From: Eledone cirrhosa
Lineage: Eukaryota
Assembly (NCBI GenBank): GCA_964016885.1
Contig: OZ024749.1
Span: 49,724,001 to 49,788,000, forward strand
Direction: 5' to 3'
Length of the DNA: 64,000 bases
Both the position numbers and the translations under genes were made by a program. Below the pieces are notes generated by a model, which had not been told where the DNA came from, did no database searches, and saw only the letters and a list, made by a program, of their open reading frames with translations. Below are positions 15,348 to 30,658 of the stretch, one piece after another; position 1 is the stretch's first letter, and every line of letters starts with the position of its first letter.

Positions 15348-17810
15348 ACGTGCTGTCTCACCTATGTATGTTGTTGTCATGTTTCTGCAAGTACCCTCTG
15401 TACATCTTATGCTATAGACTACGTTTCTAGTTTTACAGTTTATCCGGGGGTTTATTTACATATAGCACATTTCCTATTAGTACAGTGGGTTTTCTAAAAA
15501 GGGTAGGTTTTGCTGATCAGGTATTTTATGGTGGTTCCTGGCTTTTCAACCACCTTAATTTTTAAGTGGGTCTTTCTCAGGGCCTTTCTACACTGGTTAG
15601 CTAATTTCCCTCCAGGGTGGGTAGCGTCCACAAACATGACACACTGGTATCCCTGGTTGTCGTACCATGAGGTGGCTTTCCTTATCTTATGTCTAGTCTT
15701 ATCTAAGCTATTCCATGATTTGCTCCTGTATAATGGGCAAGTTCCTTTCATGTCCAGTTCTATGAGGGTCTTATATTTCTCCGTGGCTCCTTCGTATACT
15801 CTGATTCTGTCTCTTTGGTTGTAGCCAGAGAATTGCATGCGGTTGATGAAGTGTTGGATGTGTCTTTCCATTTCTGTTGGGTCGCACATGAGGGACACGT
15901 TCTTCATAACTCGTACCAGGTCTGCGATCAGAATATTAAACTTAGCACGACTGGACATTGCTGAGATTTTGAGTATCAGGTATTTGGAGGCCATGGGTTT
16001 AGCGTAGTGTGAATGGAGAATTTGGGCTCTCTCGTCTATACTGTTAATCCAGAGTTCCGTGTCTAATACAGGTAGTCTATTGCTAGGGTGTTTGGAAGGA
16101 TAGTCGATAGTTACAGTTATACTCTGGTGTATGGAATTAGCTATCTGATGGATGCTTTCCATTGTGCTAAGTTCTAAATCAAACTTGTTAGTACTCTCTT
16201 GTGGGATGTCCTTATTACTATATTGATGTCGTCTAGGTAATGAGAGTACATGATGAGGTCTATGGAGCTCTCACCAAGGAGATCTTTGAGTCTCCTTTCC
16301 CACCATACCATAAAAAGTTTGGCAACGTCACCAGCTATACTGACGCCAATGGCTTCTCCCTCATTTTGGGTGTAGATCTTCTCGTTGAATTTGAATATGT
16401 GGCACTGTAGGGTAGTTTTGATACTATTGCATGTGCGACCATTTTTCTTACCTGATCATTGTTTTTTTTTTTGGGGGGGGGGGGTCTGTATAGCTTTGGT
16501 CCACCCATGGCTGTCTAGATAGTCAGTGTCATAGTAAGTCTAAGTAGGAGGCCCAGTTCGTCTGTGTCGACGTCGCAGGACTCCACCTCACTCTCAATGA
16601 TCATCTCCACACATTTTCTCACAGCAAAATCAATGTTAATGGATGGGTACAGTGATACCACATCCATACTGCCTATTATGCAGTTGGATAGGTTCCTGTT
16701 TTTGTTGCACTCACTGATTCTGCTGAGGAGGTCCTCTGTACTGTCACATACATCTGGGGACAACTTGATTATGGGGCATATAACCATTGAGAGGAAGTAG
16801 GAGATCCTGTAGTTGCTAGCTATATTAGCTCCGCATACAGGTCTTGTTGGTGTTCCTGTTGTCGGGTCGTCGACTGTCTTGTGGTCTTTGCGGAGCCCAT
16901 ACAATGGTGGTATGCCATTGTTAGACGTCTGGAAGTTGTTGGCAGTGCGTTTGCTTGGCTTTAGGATGTCGGTCCACATCATCATGTGAACGTTGAGGAT
17001 TTTCTCTCTCCCATCATGTAATTGCTGTGCAATTTCGCTCGTGTTGGTGATGTGGGGTTGCCTAGCATTGATGTAGTTCGGCATGCTGTCTATTGACATC
17101 CTACCAGACTCATCCGTGGGTAGATATACTACCTCACCCTCCCTTGTGCGCTGCTTGAAGCTAACCAAGCCTTCCACAGGTTTCATCCTAAGTTGTTGGA
17201 CCTCTGGTCTGCTCTGTCTCTTAGTATACCGGTCTACTATTTGTCTAAACTTATTTCTAGCTGTGGTGAAATCTGCCTCTGTCTCGTCATCTATTTGTTG
17301 TGGAATGCGAACCCTTTTATTAAAGGGTAACCTCGTAGGATAGATATTACCCATCTTATGTGTTTTGTCAGCTGGATTGAAGAATAGTTTCTCTAAGGGG
17401 TTGTCATTATATCTATCGTGATAGTTGTGTGTGTTGCTATTATTGTTATTATGGTGGTTGTTGTTGTTCCTATCATTAGCATTATTATTATTGTTATGAT
17501 TGCTAGATGTATTGTTGCTGTGATTGTTAGATGTATTGTTGTTGTTTTCTCCACCGTTATTGTTGTTGTTACTGTTATTTCTACCATTGTGGTTGTTACT
17601 TTTATTATGTTTCTTGTTTTTGTTGTTGTTGTGTCTATCATTAATGTTGGTACATATATTATTTCTATTATTACCACTGTAGATGTTGTTGTTGTTACTC
17701 GTATTATTACCATTATTACTACTGTGGTCGCTGCTGCTGTGTCTGTCGTTAATGATTCTATTATTATTATTATTGCGGTTGTTGTCGTTGTTGTTCTGTC
17801 TATCGTTAAT
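15348..17810 (-). mobile_element. Decayed Penelope-like retroelement: Asn-rich N-terminal region, reverse transcriptase, thumb, Cys-rich linker and N-half of a GIY-YIG endonuclease
   Basis: ORF 16515..17864 has PPLYGLRKDHK, TRPVCGA and IIGSMDVVSLYPSI. Manual translation of ~16430-16205 (-) gives FKFNEKIYTQNEGEAIGVSIAGDVAKLFM...YSHYLDDI, with YLDD at 16228-16239. ORF 15494..16162 has LPVLDTELW and HYAKPMAS. Beyond its stop: CTNRKCAIC...NCKTRNVVYSIRC...TYIGETAR (15348-15368). Several frameshifts and stops. Confidence 0.92.
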
Positions 17811-17890
17811 ATTATTACACAAATATGACCCTCCCCAAGTATAACAATATTTGTTTCGACACACGATTTCATATCAAAAACCTCACAAAA

Positions 17891-17895
<5 letters not shown>
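17811..17895 (+). mobile_element. Inverted pLTR/tail segment capping the 5'-truncated PLE; carries the putative ORF start MTLPKYNN
   Basis: Near-identical to the reverse complement of 31821-31910 and to 32647-32690. It points away from the RT and runs into a (TA)n tract. Confidence 0.8.
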
Positions 17896-17971
<76 letters not shown>

Positions 17972-18612
17972 TTGTGTGTGTGCGTGGGTGTGGGTGTGTG
18001 TGGGTTATATGTATGTGTGTGTTATATGTATGTGTACGTATGTATGTCAGTACATGTATATGTTCATACGAAATTATGCATATATTGGTCTTGGAATAAA
18101 AGGAAAATGCTTTTTGATTCTGCTAATCATGTATCATAAACATAGAAATTGAAGACATCGAGAGGGGCATTCTATAGAAGTTACTAGCGCAAAACTAACA
18201 TGTGGTTTTAAATAAATAGATAGATAAATAACTGTACTTTTGTGAGGTTGATTGAATTATTCTAAAAGTAAGAACATACTAAATATTATATTAAGACATA
18301 TAACGATAGCATATGGAAATGTAATCAAAAGAGAAATACGAAAATAAGTCAGAGATTGTAATAGGTTTTTGAGTTTAAATGATCTCGGAAAACGATTCAT
18401 ACATAAAAGATGCGTATAGCCTGGAAGGCAATAAAACAAATTTAGAAATAAATGATATGATTTCAGACCTTATATCCAAGAACGTACACTCTATCTTCTA
18501 ATTCTCGTTTATAAGTATTTAGAAACATTCAGACAACTAGATAGCGATAACCATGGATATATTAACATACTCACACCGCATATATATGTATATATGCATA
18601 TATATGTATATA

Positions 18613-18687
<75 letters not shown>

Positions 18688-18711
18688 CACATATCTATAT
18701 CTATATCTTTA

Positions 18712-18852
<141 letters not shown>

Positions 18853-21624
18853 ATGTGTGTATGTGTGTGCTTGCGTGTATGTATGAGTGTGTATCTACCG
18901 GGTTGTTATAAACTAAAATATAGTTGTAACATCGTGTTTCTGAAGATCACTATATTCCCTTGACAGAGGCATAAAATATTCTGTTAACAACATTACACTT
19001 CACACGTCGTCATTTTGTAGACTGTTCCTATTATTTCCATATCTCTCTTTATCGCCTCCTCCCCTTCTCTTTCCATATATGTGTAAGTATCTGCGTGTGT
19101 CTGTTTGTCTGTGTGCTCGCATGTGAGTCTTTGTGTCTGTCTATGCTTGCGTGCGAGTGTATATACGAGTTTATATACCTGACCATATATCTATTGAACT
19201 CCATTTTCTTTAACATCATTCCCGTCTATCTTACTTTCATTTCAATTTCATTTTATTATTGTGTTATATATCCATTTAGCTTTATGCAATGGACAAGTTA
19301 TCTTTTGAACAAAATCAATTTAATATCTTATTACATGTGCTCAGCTGCTTACACAGAAGTTTCTTTGCTCATAACCCTTTGAACATGTCTGCAACATAAC
19401 ACTGCAATAAATGAAAAATTACTTACTCATATGTTGCCTTTATCATGCAACACTGTAAATCGATACTTCATAGTGTATATTCCAAAAGTAATAATGTATA
19501 ACTGAAAAACCTGATGGATATTACAAATTGTGATTCTGCCCATAGTAAATTACATAGCCGTGTATAACTATATATATTCTATCACCTGGACATCTTCCAT
19601 AACTACAACAGGAAAGAAAACTACATTTAATACAACCGACGACTATATTAGCCAGAACAAATACTTATTTGTAAATTTATTTTAGCGTGTACACACATAA
19701 CGGAATATTTATATAAGAATCACTGGAATCCTCACTTCTATGCTATATGAAAAATATTAAACGATATACAGTCTTTATTTTAATTTCGGCTCTTCTATGA
19801 ATACTATAACTTCAGTAACGATTTTGCTTCTGTTATAATCAAGACTAATCGTCCAGAACATTGACCTTGCAGGACAATGATCGAATATCTGTTACATAAT
19901 AAAATAATATGGCAGTAAAAAAAAACAATATCTATAAAACAGTGATGTTTTATAGATAATATAACATATTTGATTCTAAATATTTAATTAATAAAATAAA
20001 TGCAGTAACACCATAATGGAATAGATAATACATTGCATTAAAATGTGATGTTATCAAACTATTGTGATTCAATGAATACCATTGAATATATACATCATAA
20101 CCTTTTAATCTATGATTCTTACGCCAACTTTTGCCTGACCCAAATTGCAATAATTATAATAATATTTTCCACTTTTAATTTGTATCACGAAATTCAATTT
20201 ATTACGTCAAGTGACTCCGGCTTCTTTTCTAGATGTTGCATTTCCAATAAGGATTATATACGATGGAAGCATAATTAAATCTAAACATATCTCTACTTCC
20301 CATATTCATTACAATAACTATCAAACCCGAAAAGTATAAAGGGCATCATTATAATTTACGTCATGATATTGCATTTTTAAAATACATAATTAATTAATTC
20401 GATATCTCGGTAATTAGATAATACTTTAATGTTTTGTGACAACCTTGTTTACACGCATAAAGTACAAATATATTTCTTTCAATGAAGGTTAACTCGAAAA
20501 GAAACTTGTGTAAAAAATGCAAACGATATACGATATGAGCAAACGTTATATAAACATCAAACGAATTTATGTTAATACACGTCGAAAATTACACAAAAAA
20601 TATTCAGATTTGTTAATCTAAAATCAAAAGTTTGCATGACATATGTATCTGAATTTATGTATGTCTACATTTATGTTGAATTACTGCTGTTATTGTACTT
20701 TTATTTTCTACTGAGATTCGTTGATATATATATATATATATATACACTTTTCTTTATTTTCATCGCATATCTAAACTCGTAGAATCACATGGGTTGACAG
20801 ATCATGGACTATATTCCTTTACATAAATTGATCGAAGAAACAAAACAATAAAGCAAATATATGACAAGTCGTCACATCAGTATGATGTATTTTCCAGTTT
20901 ATATGTGTGTGTGTTTGAAATAGGATGTGCTGAGATTACGTTTGATTATATCAGCTGCATTCTCAGTTAATATACGATATATCTTCTTGAATACATGCAT
21001 ATAGTTAAGCAACATATTTCATGCTTTTTCCAGTGAATGGAAATCATATTCCACTATATTAAATCTACTGTATGGAACAAGGAATGAACGCTACGTTGGA
21101 TAATCTTGGTACCATTAATAGGCTTAAAATGAAAGTGATATGTTAGCTCAAGAAATACTTATGTCAGATTTGCGATTATTACTCACCGACGAATGTCAAA
21201 TTCCAAGGTATAATAATACACTTGCAGAAAAGTAATTGCATCACCATGTATCTATATTCAGTTAAAACCAGAATTTATGATTCGTTTTCAACATTTGATG
21301 TCATTGCGTATTATAAACGCGTATGAGGTTTCCTTTATATAAATTACGCATTTTGTGGAGTGTGTCAAATATCGTAATAGCATAAAACATAACACTCGCA
21401 CATATATGTATATCGATCTGAGTATATTTATCTTTCTATATCATTCAGTAACCTCCACTATATCTATCTATCAATCTCACAATCAGTCTGTCTGTGTGTG
21501 TTTTAATATCAAACACTTCCTATCATAGTTATGCCTTTCTGTCTATGACATATGATCATGATTAGCATCTTATATTGAACCTACGTGTAGATCTCGCAAC
21601 AAATTAAACACTTGTGAATAAATA

Positions 21625-22217
<593 letters not shown>

Positions 22218-22444
22218 GAGAGTATTGAAGTTTGCTTGAAGCATTGTTGAATAATAAGGTAAATTTCTTTAAGTCGTTTGGAAGCCTCGACAATGCAGAT
22301 GGGTAAATCTCCGGGTAACAAAATCTGGTATATTTATATATATGTATGTATGTATAAAAAGAGAGAAAAAAATAAAAAGGGAAAAAATATATTTTGGTTC
22401 CTAATAATCGTCTTTTTCTCCCTGTTTTCATATATATATATATA

Positions 22445-22560
22445 TATAACTGTTTATACTTTTGGCACACGGGCAGCAATTACCTCAGTGTATTACTGGT
22501 ACTTTATTTTAACGACCCCGTAAGGCAAAGTTAACATCGGCGGGATTTTAACTCAAAACA
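22445..22560 (-). mobile_element. SINE fragment
   Basis: Family core with a deletion. Confidence 0.8.
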
Positions 22561-23855
22561 ACCGTTGGTGGTAGCCGTCTCAGCTCTGATTATTCAGTGC
22601 TAAGAAGTGTGGATTGACCTAGGCATAATAGGCAGTGTTATTCTCAAGCATGAGATCAAAGATTCAGTCCAATGTATTTTACAAGGAAGCACGCGTAACA
22701 CGTGTTGAGAAGATGATCAACTCTTTGCTTCAATCATTTACAATCAGCTCGGCTCTAGGATTAATGTTATCTGCAGACGCATTGTCGATTACAATTAAAA
22801 TTGGAATATTTCGAATTTACATGTCGAAGTATTTATTTAATAATCATATACCTGTTCATGATGGTTTTAAACTTTTAGATTCTAATGAAACATATTTGTA
22901 TAATATTTCTCACAGCTAAGCTTTAGTTGTGGAATATGTTAATAGTATGTTAGCCATACTTAATCAAATCCCTTAGACTAATATATATGGATTTTTTGAG
23001 GATGACGGAAAGTGTAGTATTTTATAAGGGAACGCCTTATATTTCAGTTCTAATCATTATTTTAATATTATGCTCCTTAATCATCAATTTTATATCGATT
23101 GTAAACGTATATATATTCCTGGTATATATGGTGTTGTCATACGGGTAGAGCATTCTCCCTACATAACGGGAATTTGTGTGATAATATGTCTTTAAATATT
23201 ATTTAGTTTGAAGTGACCTCAGCTCAGTCTAAATTCGCCCATAGATCAGCAAATGCATGGCTATCTGATGCATATAATTTCAAATATTTGTTATTATTAT
23301 TATTAATGTATTTGATGTATCAGACATATAACATATATGAATGAAAATTATATAAAAACTGAATAAATATGGTATAATTCGCAAAAGACCACCAAATGTT
23401 CACATCCTAAAAATATACTGCATAATATATATTTGTGCAAACAAGATATACATAATCGACATTCGTTAAAGTACATCGAATCAAAAGTTAGTATGTTGGG
23501 AAAAATATCTAAAATTATCAATACATGTTTCATGAGAGCTTGATGCTGAATCAAATTCTCTTTAAATCACCACCAAGCTGATTATGGCTGTCTATTCATC
23601 AAATGCCTGTGGCAACATCGAGCTATCTCCCATCACCCATTGTTTGTAAAGTGTTTCGTCGAGGACAATGCGTTGCTATGGCTACAGGATGATACGCATC
23701 TGGTGCCTTGGCACGATATACGATATTTTATACAACATCTCATCGGACAATCTATATATGGAAAATCTCATTCTTACTCCAACGTGGATGATCCAAATCC
23801 ATTTTTCTTAGTACTTACACGCACACGTATATACACAAACACAAATAGCACCACC

Positions 23856-23938
<83 letters not shown>

Positions 23939-24687
23939 CATAGAAATATATGTATATATACATATATATATAAGTCTGTATTTATGTATATGTGTATGTA
24001 TATTTATAATATATTTCATGTGATAGTGTACATATATGAATGTGTGAGAATGTGTACGTAGTGGATATTACTTATAGACCAATATGCGTAATAGTCTAAT
24101 CCAATTTGTCTCTAAATCTTTCGAACTATGAATCGATGTTATATACAATGCTTTTCAAATTTCTATGTATTGATTATGTTCACAATGCTCGACTGTTCTA
24201 GGAGGAAACCCAGACACACCGGAATTGTAGACCTGGCATCGCTATTGACAATTCCGATTATGTAGCTTAGCTTCCAAGAATAACATGAAAATGCCAATCA
24301 GTCAGTTCGATTTATTTTATCCCCAAACACTTCAATGACGTTTCAGTGAATTTTAAATGTACAGCAAGGAAAATGGTAACGTTTTAAGGGATATGACTTG
24401 TTTTATTCATTCTTGAAACAGAGCATACAAATTAGTCTGGATGGAACTTTCTAATAAAGTGTATAATAGTTTTTAAAACAAATTTAGTATATAGATTCGT
24501 AAATGATATGTGTGAGTATAAAGAACATACTAATGTATACACAATGCATATAGACTATACTTCTATAATTAAATTATTATATATATATTTATATTTATAG
24601 GTACATATATAAAATACACACATACACACAAACACATAACCACACGCACACATACACTCACACACACACACACATACACACACATAC

Positions 24688-24739
<52 letters not shown>

Positions 24740-25116
24740 GGATATTTGCACATATTTTATGTATCTCATGAATATAGATTTAACAACCACATTGATATAA
24801 GACACATGCTCCACACCATAGCCACACGTAACATTTCTAGAATAGAGGATATTAAAATATTTCCTAAATTTTATTCTGATTTTCGTAAACTTCTATACTT
24901 ATGTGCAGTGAAGCACAACACGGATTCATAAACTTTCCTTGTACTCTTTGCATCAATTTTAAACGCAAGTATTTTATTATGAATAGAAAATCAATGAGAA
25001 GAATGAAAGCCATGCAAAGCTGTTAGAATTGATATACGCTTGACTCGTTCTCACAGATTTCCGACGAATTGCTACTAAGAATGTTAGACAAAACTACCAA
25101 AGATTACATCTGTGAA

Positions 25117-25160
<44 letters not shown>

Positions 25161-25273
25161 GTATGTATGTATACATATGTATATATATATATGTATATAT
25201 ATATATTTGTGTGTGTATATGTGTATATAGGTATACGTATATATATATATATATATTTATATGTATATATGTA

Positions 25274-25330
<57 letters not shown>

Positions 25331-25800
25331 TTATATATATATATTTATATATATATTTATATATATATGTGTGCGTGTGTGTAGTGTGTGAGTGTGTGTT
25401 TGTACATCCCAAAGATATTTAAATGTACATGACAATTCTTATAAATCATTGAAATATGTGCACACTATTATATACACTTACTTTCAGAGCCACAACGTCA
25501 TCTCGTTCAATATCTTTCTCTTTCAATTGTGTGTATATATGTCTATGCATGTATACGTATGTGTCTATGCGTTTCTGTGTGTCAGACGGTGTCATAATAT
25601 ATTGCAAATATCTGTTATATTATGGTAAAGATTCATGAAACATATATTCCAACATGCACACATGAATATGCACAGGGTTATAAACAACACTGGCATATAG
25701 AAGGCTTATTATGCACACAGATGTAAATGGCTGCATCTGGATATATTTCTTGTATATATATGTCTCCTATTGAATTTCATGCACCTACACGCACACACAC

Positions 25801-25857
<57 letters not shown>

Positions 25858-25863
25858 TATACA

Positions 25864-25964
<101 letters not shown>

Positions 25965-26280
25965 AAGTGTGAAATGGAGCTGACAGAGAGCGAGAAGTAG
26001 AAAGAGTAGGAAAAAGAAAGAGTTTTGCACCCTTTCTAAGTTTCGTGTGGAGTTAATTTTACATGTTAATCCGTAACTGTTTTGGACGAATTCACATTTT
26101 GTATCCCTGAGGAAAGTTCTGATATTGATGACTGGGATGCTATCACACTTGATGATGTGGATCTTCAAACAATTATGGATATATTTCATGTCCATGTAAC
26201 ATATAAAGCTTTAAATTATTATGTTATGAACTTGAAAACAACACCTGGAATCTGAAATTATATAATTAGAAATATGTATG

Positions 26281-26311
<31 letters not shown>

Positions 26312-27552
26312 GAATGAAAAATGGCCTACTGTGTTGTTGCGAATGTGATACATATGAAGTAAAAATTAGAAAGAGAAGCCGCGACTATCCATCATCAGTG
26401 ATCTACTACCCATCATAGGTATTTTTTCGCATTAAATATCAGATAATCCGGCTAGCGCGAACGATAACTAAAATAAGTTATTGGGAAAAAATAATGTTTG
26501 GAGAAAGAGAGACAGTTGAACAAACAAGAATGGTGAGGCAACGTAAAGAGAGGAAAAATGAGAAAATCAAGTCAGTGATTCATTTGAACATAAGAACTTG
26601 CGAACATTGACGAGAAGACGAAAGACAATCTGTACCGTGCGAAAAGTGAGCGTGAAAAGAATTTCGTACGGTGCCGGATGTTGGATGAAGTGAGAGAGAG
26701 TGAGTAGCAGAGAGTGAGTGAGTGAAAGTGTGAGAAAGAGGCAAGCCGAGAGAAGGTGACTAGCAGAGGTGGAGAATGAAAGTAAGAGGGAGAAGGAGAG
26801 AGAAGTGGAGAGAGAAAGAGGGTAGCAGTAAGGGAAGAGAAGAAGACAGGTCACAGGGAAACGGAAAGCATATAGGAATATATTAATATATTTATATAAA
26901 TCTTGGTGTCTAAATTGTGAATAGTTTCGAGAATATTGTTGTGAAAATAATTATAATTATTTTTAAAATAGCACTAAAATATGTATTCCCAAAACGTCCT
27001 TTGTGTGAGGTATATACGTCCTTTATGTGAGGAAACATAGATATTCTATTATGATGATGAGATTGGTATTAATAAATACATGGCGCACCCCTGTTAACTA
27101 ACAAGCCTATATATACCTTGTTCCTTATATACTTTCATTTATTACACAAATGCATAAAAATTAATAAGCGTCCATGGTTTCAGTTAATTAATATATATTG
27201 GAGTGTAGGCTATGCAGCCGAAGTTTGTGATAATATTATAATACGGATATAAATATCTCCATTTCAGAATAATTCTATAACTTATAATGTTTATAAGACT
27301 TTCCTTTACATATCTCCTTAAGTTTGTTTTAGACAATAGACATGACTTCTGGTGAAAGCCCAACAATGAGTTTAACATATTTTAATGTACAGTAATTTAC
27401 ATAGAGTTTTTATGTTTACATGTCTAGTATTAAAGTACATATATTTCTATACACATTCTCAGATACTGCTGTTCGGTGCAGACACACACACAGACGAGAC
27501 GTAAAGAAACAAACATATATATATGTATGTATATGTATACATGTATGTATAC

Positions 27553-27593
<41 letters not shown>

Positions 27594-28055
27594 CATACAT
27601 ATATCTATATAAGTATATATATTCATATTTAAAAGTATATATATATATATATATATTTATATATACATGCATATGTATATATATTTACATGTATCCAGAC
27701 ACACACACGCACATATTTATATATTTGTTTGTGTGTGTATTTGCAACTATGTGTTTCACAAGAATATATTTATATTTAAGTGTTTGTGTATGTGTAACTG
27801 TGTGTGAATGCGTAACTATGCGTCTTTATGTGTGAACACATGCATATACAAATACTTGACAATAGAAGTGTTTAAATATATAATAATGTAATGAGATTGC
27901 TTTTTGTTACTTTTCTCATTCATTCCATAATTGATATTTAGGTTTAAGACACGTTATTCATATACTCATATTGGGAGGTTTACCATTACCCAAATTAGCC
28001 TATTAGTATAAGTATTAGATAAAGTAATACATACATAGAAACATACATACATGAG

Positions 28056-28134
<79 letters not shown>

Positions 28135-28144
28135 TATACGTATA

Positions 28145-28264
<120 letters not shown>

Positions 28265-28525
28265 TATAGTCTTTCGTGTGAGTGAGAGAGAGAAAGAAGG
28301 AGAAACATCATCGATGTATTTTCCCGCACATACATAGTATATAGGGATGAAAAGTACACACCAATGCGCATCACTTCACAACAACAAAAAAACACATGGT
28401 TATACATCTATTGAATTTGTTTCACTTACTATCTCGTATTTCCGGATTTCTTCCCTGCGTATCCATTTATCTAATTTATTTTTTGTGTATGTATACAGAC
28501 ATGTATATCTTTAAGTGCCTGCCTG

Positions 28526-28595
<70 letters not shown>

Positions 28596-28683
28596 CCTAG
28601 GTCCCGGGTTGAGTCGAGGATAACCACAGTAAGTAAGGTACTCAATACATGGCAGAGTAACATTTTTTTGTTTTATAGAAGGA

Positions 28684-28732
28684 GCTTCTACAGGGCTAGT
28701 ACTGTTTCATTCACATGAAATCTTCAGGAAGC
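28684..28732 (-). ncRNA. Type I hammerhead ribozyme (mirror copy)
   Basis: Reverse complement of 28736-28784 with one loop II substitution. Confidence 0.85.
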
Positions 28733-28735
28733 AGC

Positions 28736-28784
28736 GCTTCCTGAAGATTTCATCTGAATGAAACAGTACTAGCCCTGTAGAAGC
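28736..28784 (+). ncRNA. Type I hammerhead ribozyme
   Basis: GCUUC-CUGAAGA-U UUC AUCU GAA U-GAA-ACAG UACUAGCC CUGU-A-GAAGC. Predicted cleavage after GUA at 28779. Confidence 0.85.
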
Positions 28785-28793
28785 TCCTTCTAT

Positions 28794-28831
<38 letters not shown>

Positions 28832-28837
28832 TATATG

Positions 28838-28891
<54 letters not shown>

Positions 28892-28897
28892 TATATG

Positions 28898-28935
<38 letters not shown>

Positions 28936-28952
28936 TATGTATAAATATATAT

Positions 28953-29012
28953 ATTTATCGACCCCGTAAGGAGGAATGGTAAAGTTAACCTCGGCAGGAT
29001 TTGAACTCAGAA
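28953..29012 (-). mobile_element. SINE fragment interrupted by a TA tract
   Basis: TTTATCGACCCCGTAAGG...AACCTCGGCAGGATTTGAACTCAGA. Confidence 0.8.
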
Positions 29013-30057
29013 TAATCATAAATAGATAAATAGATTTTTCAATATACGTTCAGGTTTCGTATTACCCCATGTTTCTGCATTACCTTGTGGTCATAATCAA
29101 ATACATCACTGCATTAAAGTATGGCAGAACTGTAGTCAAAGTTGTTCTTTTATTAAAGTCGGTATCTTTCAGAGAGTGTTGCCGAATCCAAATTCATATT
29201 AAGATATAGAACAATTAACCTATTCTAAATTTATGCCAATGAGCTGTACACTGGATATCATGTCTCTTCGATTTGCAGGAATGTTACAGATATTTGGAAG
29301 GCGTCATTACGTACGTAAGATGTTTGCTGAAGGCACCTCCGTTTAAAAATTGCCACTACATATATTTGAAACAAGTGAAAGAGGTATTACTACAATATCG
29401 CCAAATTTTGAACGTCTTCTGATATATATTTGATGAATTACCAGCATCCACCTTATAACAATCTACATCCAAAATTATGTCAACTAGCCATCTGAAATGA
29501 AGTAACTCTTTTTCGTTTCTTATGTTACAAAGCTGCGCTACTCTCGGCAAATATTTTTAGAAATGTGTCTCACTCCCTCGGACATTATGTGTTTCTTTTA
29601 TTGTCAAGATTTGTATATCTGACAACTTAACTATAACTATGAAAACTGCATGCTTAAGATGAAGTGTCTGGTTAAAAATCGATGATGATCTTCTGAAGTA
29701 AAATTCCTATATGAATAAATCACAAAGCATCAACATATATATTCAGGGATCTGAGCGTATTTCTGAGATTCCCATAAGCACCTATTGACTAGAATACTGA
29801 TATATTTATAATCTGAACTTTAAAGTCAATAAGTATTGGCATGTTTTGCAAGTTCCGACGCAAGTTTTAGTTTACATATCATTTCACATACTATCCATAC
29901 AAGAATGCCAAAATACACGAAATCACTAGTATGCACATATATGTGACTATCATGTTAAGTTAGTATATTGTTGAACAGGAAATATAGTGAAGTTTTGATC
30001 ACATTTATTGTTCCTTGTTATAACACATACTCAAGAATTATTTCCATAAGTAATAAT

Positions 30058-30197
30058 TGTTTCTACAGTAGGCACAAGGCCAGCAATGATCCAGTACATT
30101 ACTGGTACTTTATTTCATCGACCCCGTAAGGATGAAAGGCACAGTTAACCTCGGCGGGATTTGAACTCAGATCGTAAAGGGACGTAACTATGCTAGA
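30058..30197 (-). mobile_element. 5'-truncated SINE with a 19-bp TSD
   Basis: TATTTCCATAAGTAATAAT at 30039-30057 and 30198-30216. Confidence 0.9.
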
Positions 30198-30618
30198 TAT
30201 TTCCATAAGTAATAATGAACTATTTCCATAAGTAATAATGCATGAGTTCTAGTGTTATACATTATTTGCATTCCTCATATTAATTGCATATGGTGCTCTC
30301 TGAAAGGAAATAAACCTGGTCTTGTACACTACATAGGCTGAGCCACATAAATCATGATATATTATCCAATTTCTATAAGTACAGTCAGTAATATTGTCAA
30401 GGTTGCTTTCAGACGAGGCACATTCAATATAGAAATTGTTGTTAACAATATTTTGTATTCGCAGAGACAGTTATAAGATGGAAATCTCAATATGTATGCA
30501 TGCATGTGTGTATATATGTATATATGCATGTATATATGAACGTTCGTATGCAAGTAAGTATATATGTATGAGTTTATGTAAGTATGTATACAAGTATGTA
30601 TATGTGTGTATGCATGCT

Positions 30619-30658
<40 letters not shown>

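Larger units (their letters stand above)
28671..28797. repeat. Palindrome, 62-bp arms, 3-nt spacer
   Basis: 28671-28732 is the reverse complement of 28736-28797 with 1 mismatch. Confidence 0.95.

Noticed and set aside
26073-26255. Acidic open stretch (VLDEFTFCIPEESSDIDDWDAITLDDVDLQ) as a possible host exon
   Set aside because: No recognisable family and no convincing splice sites
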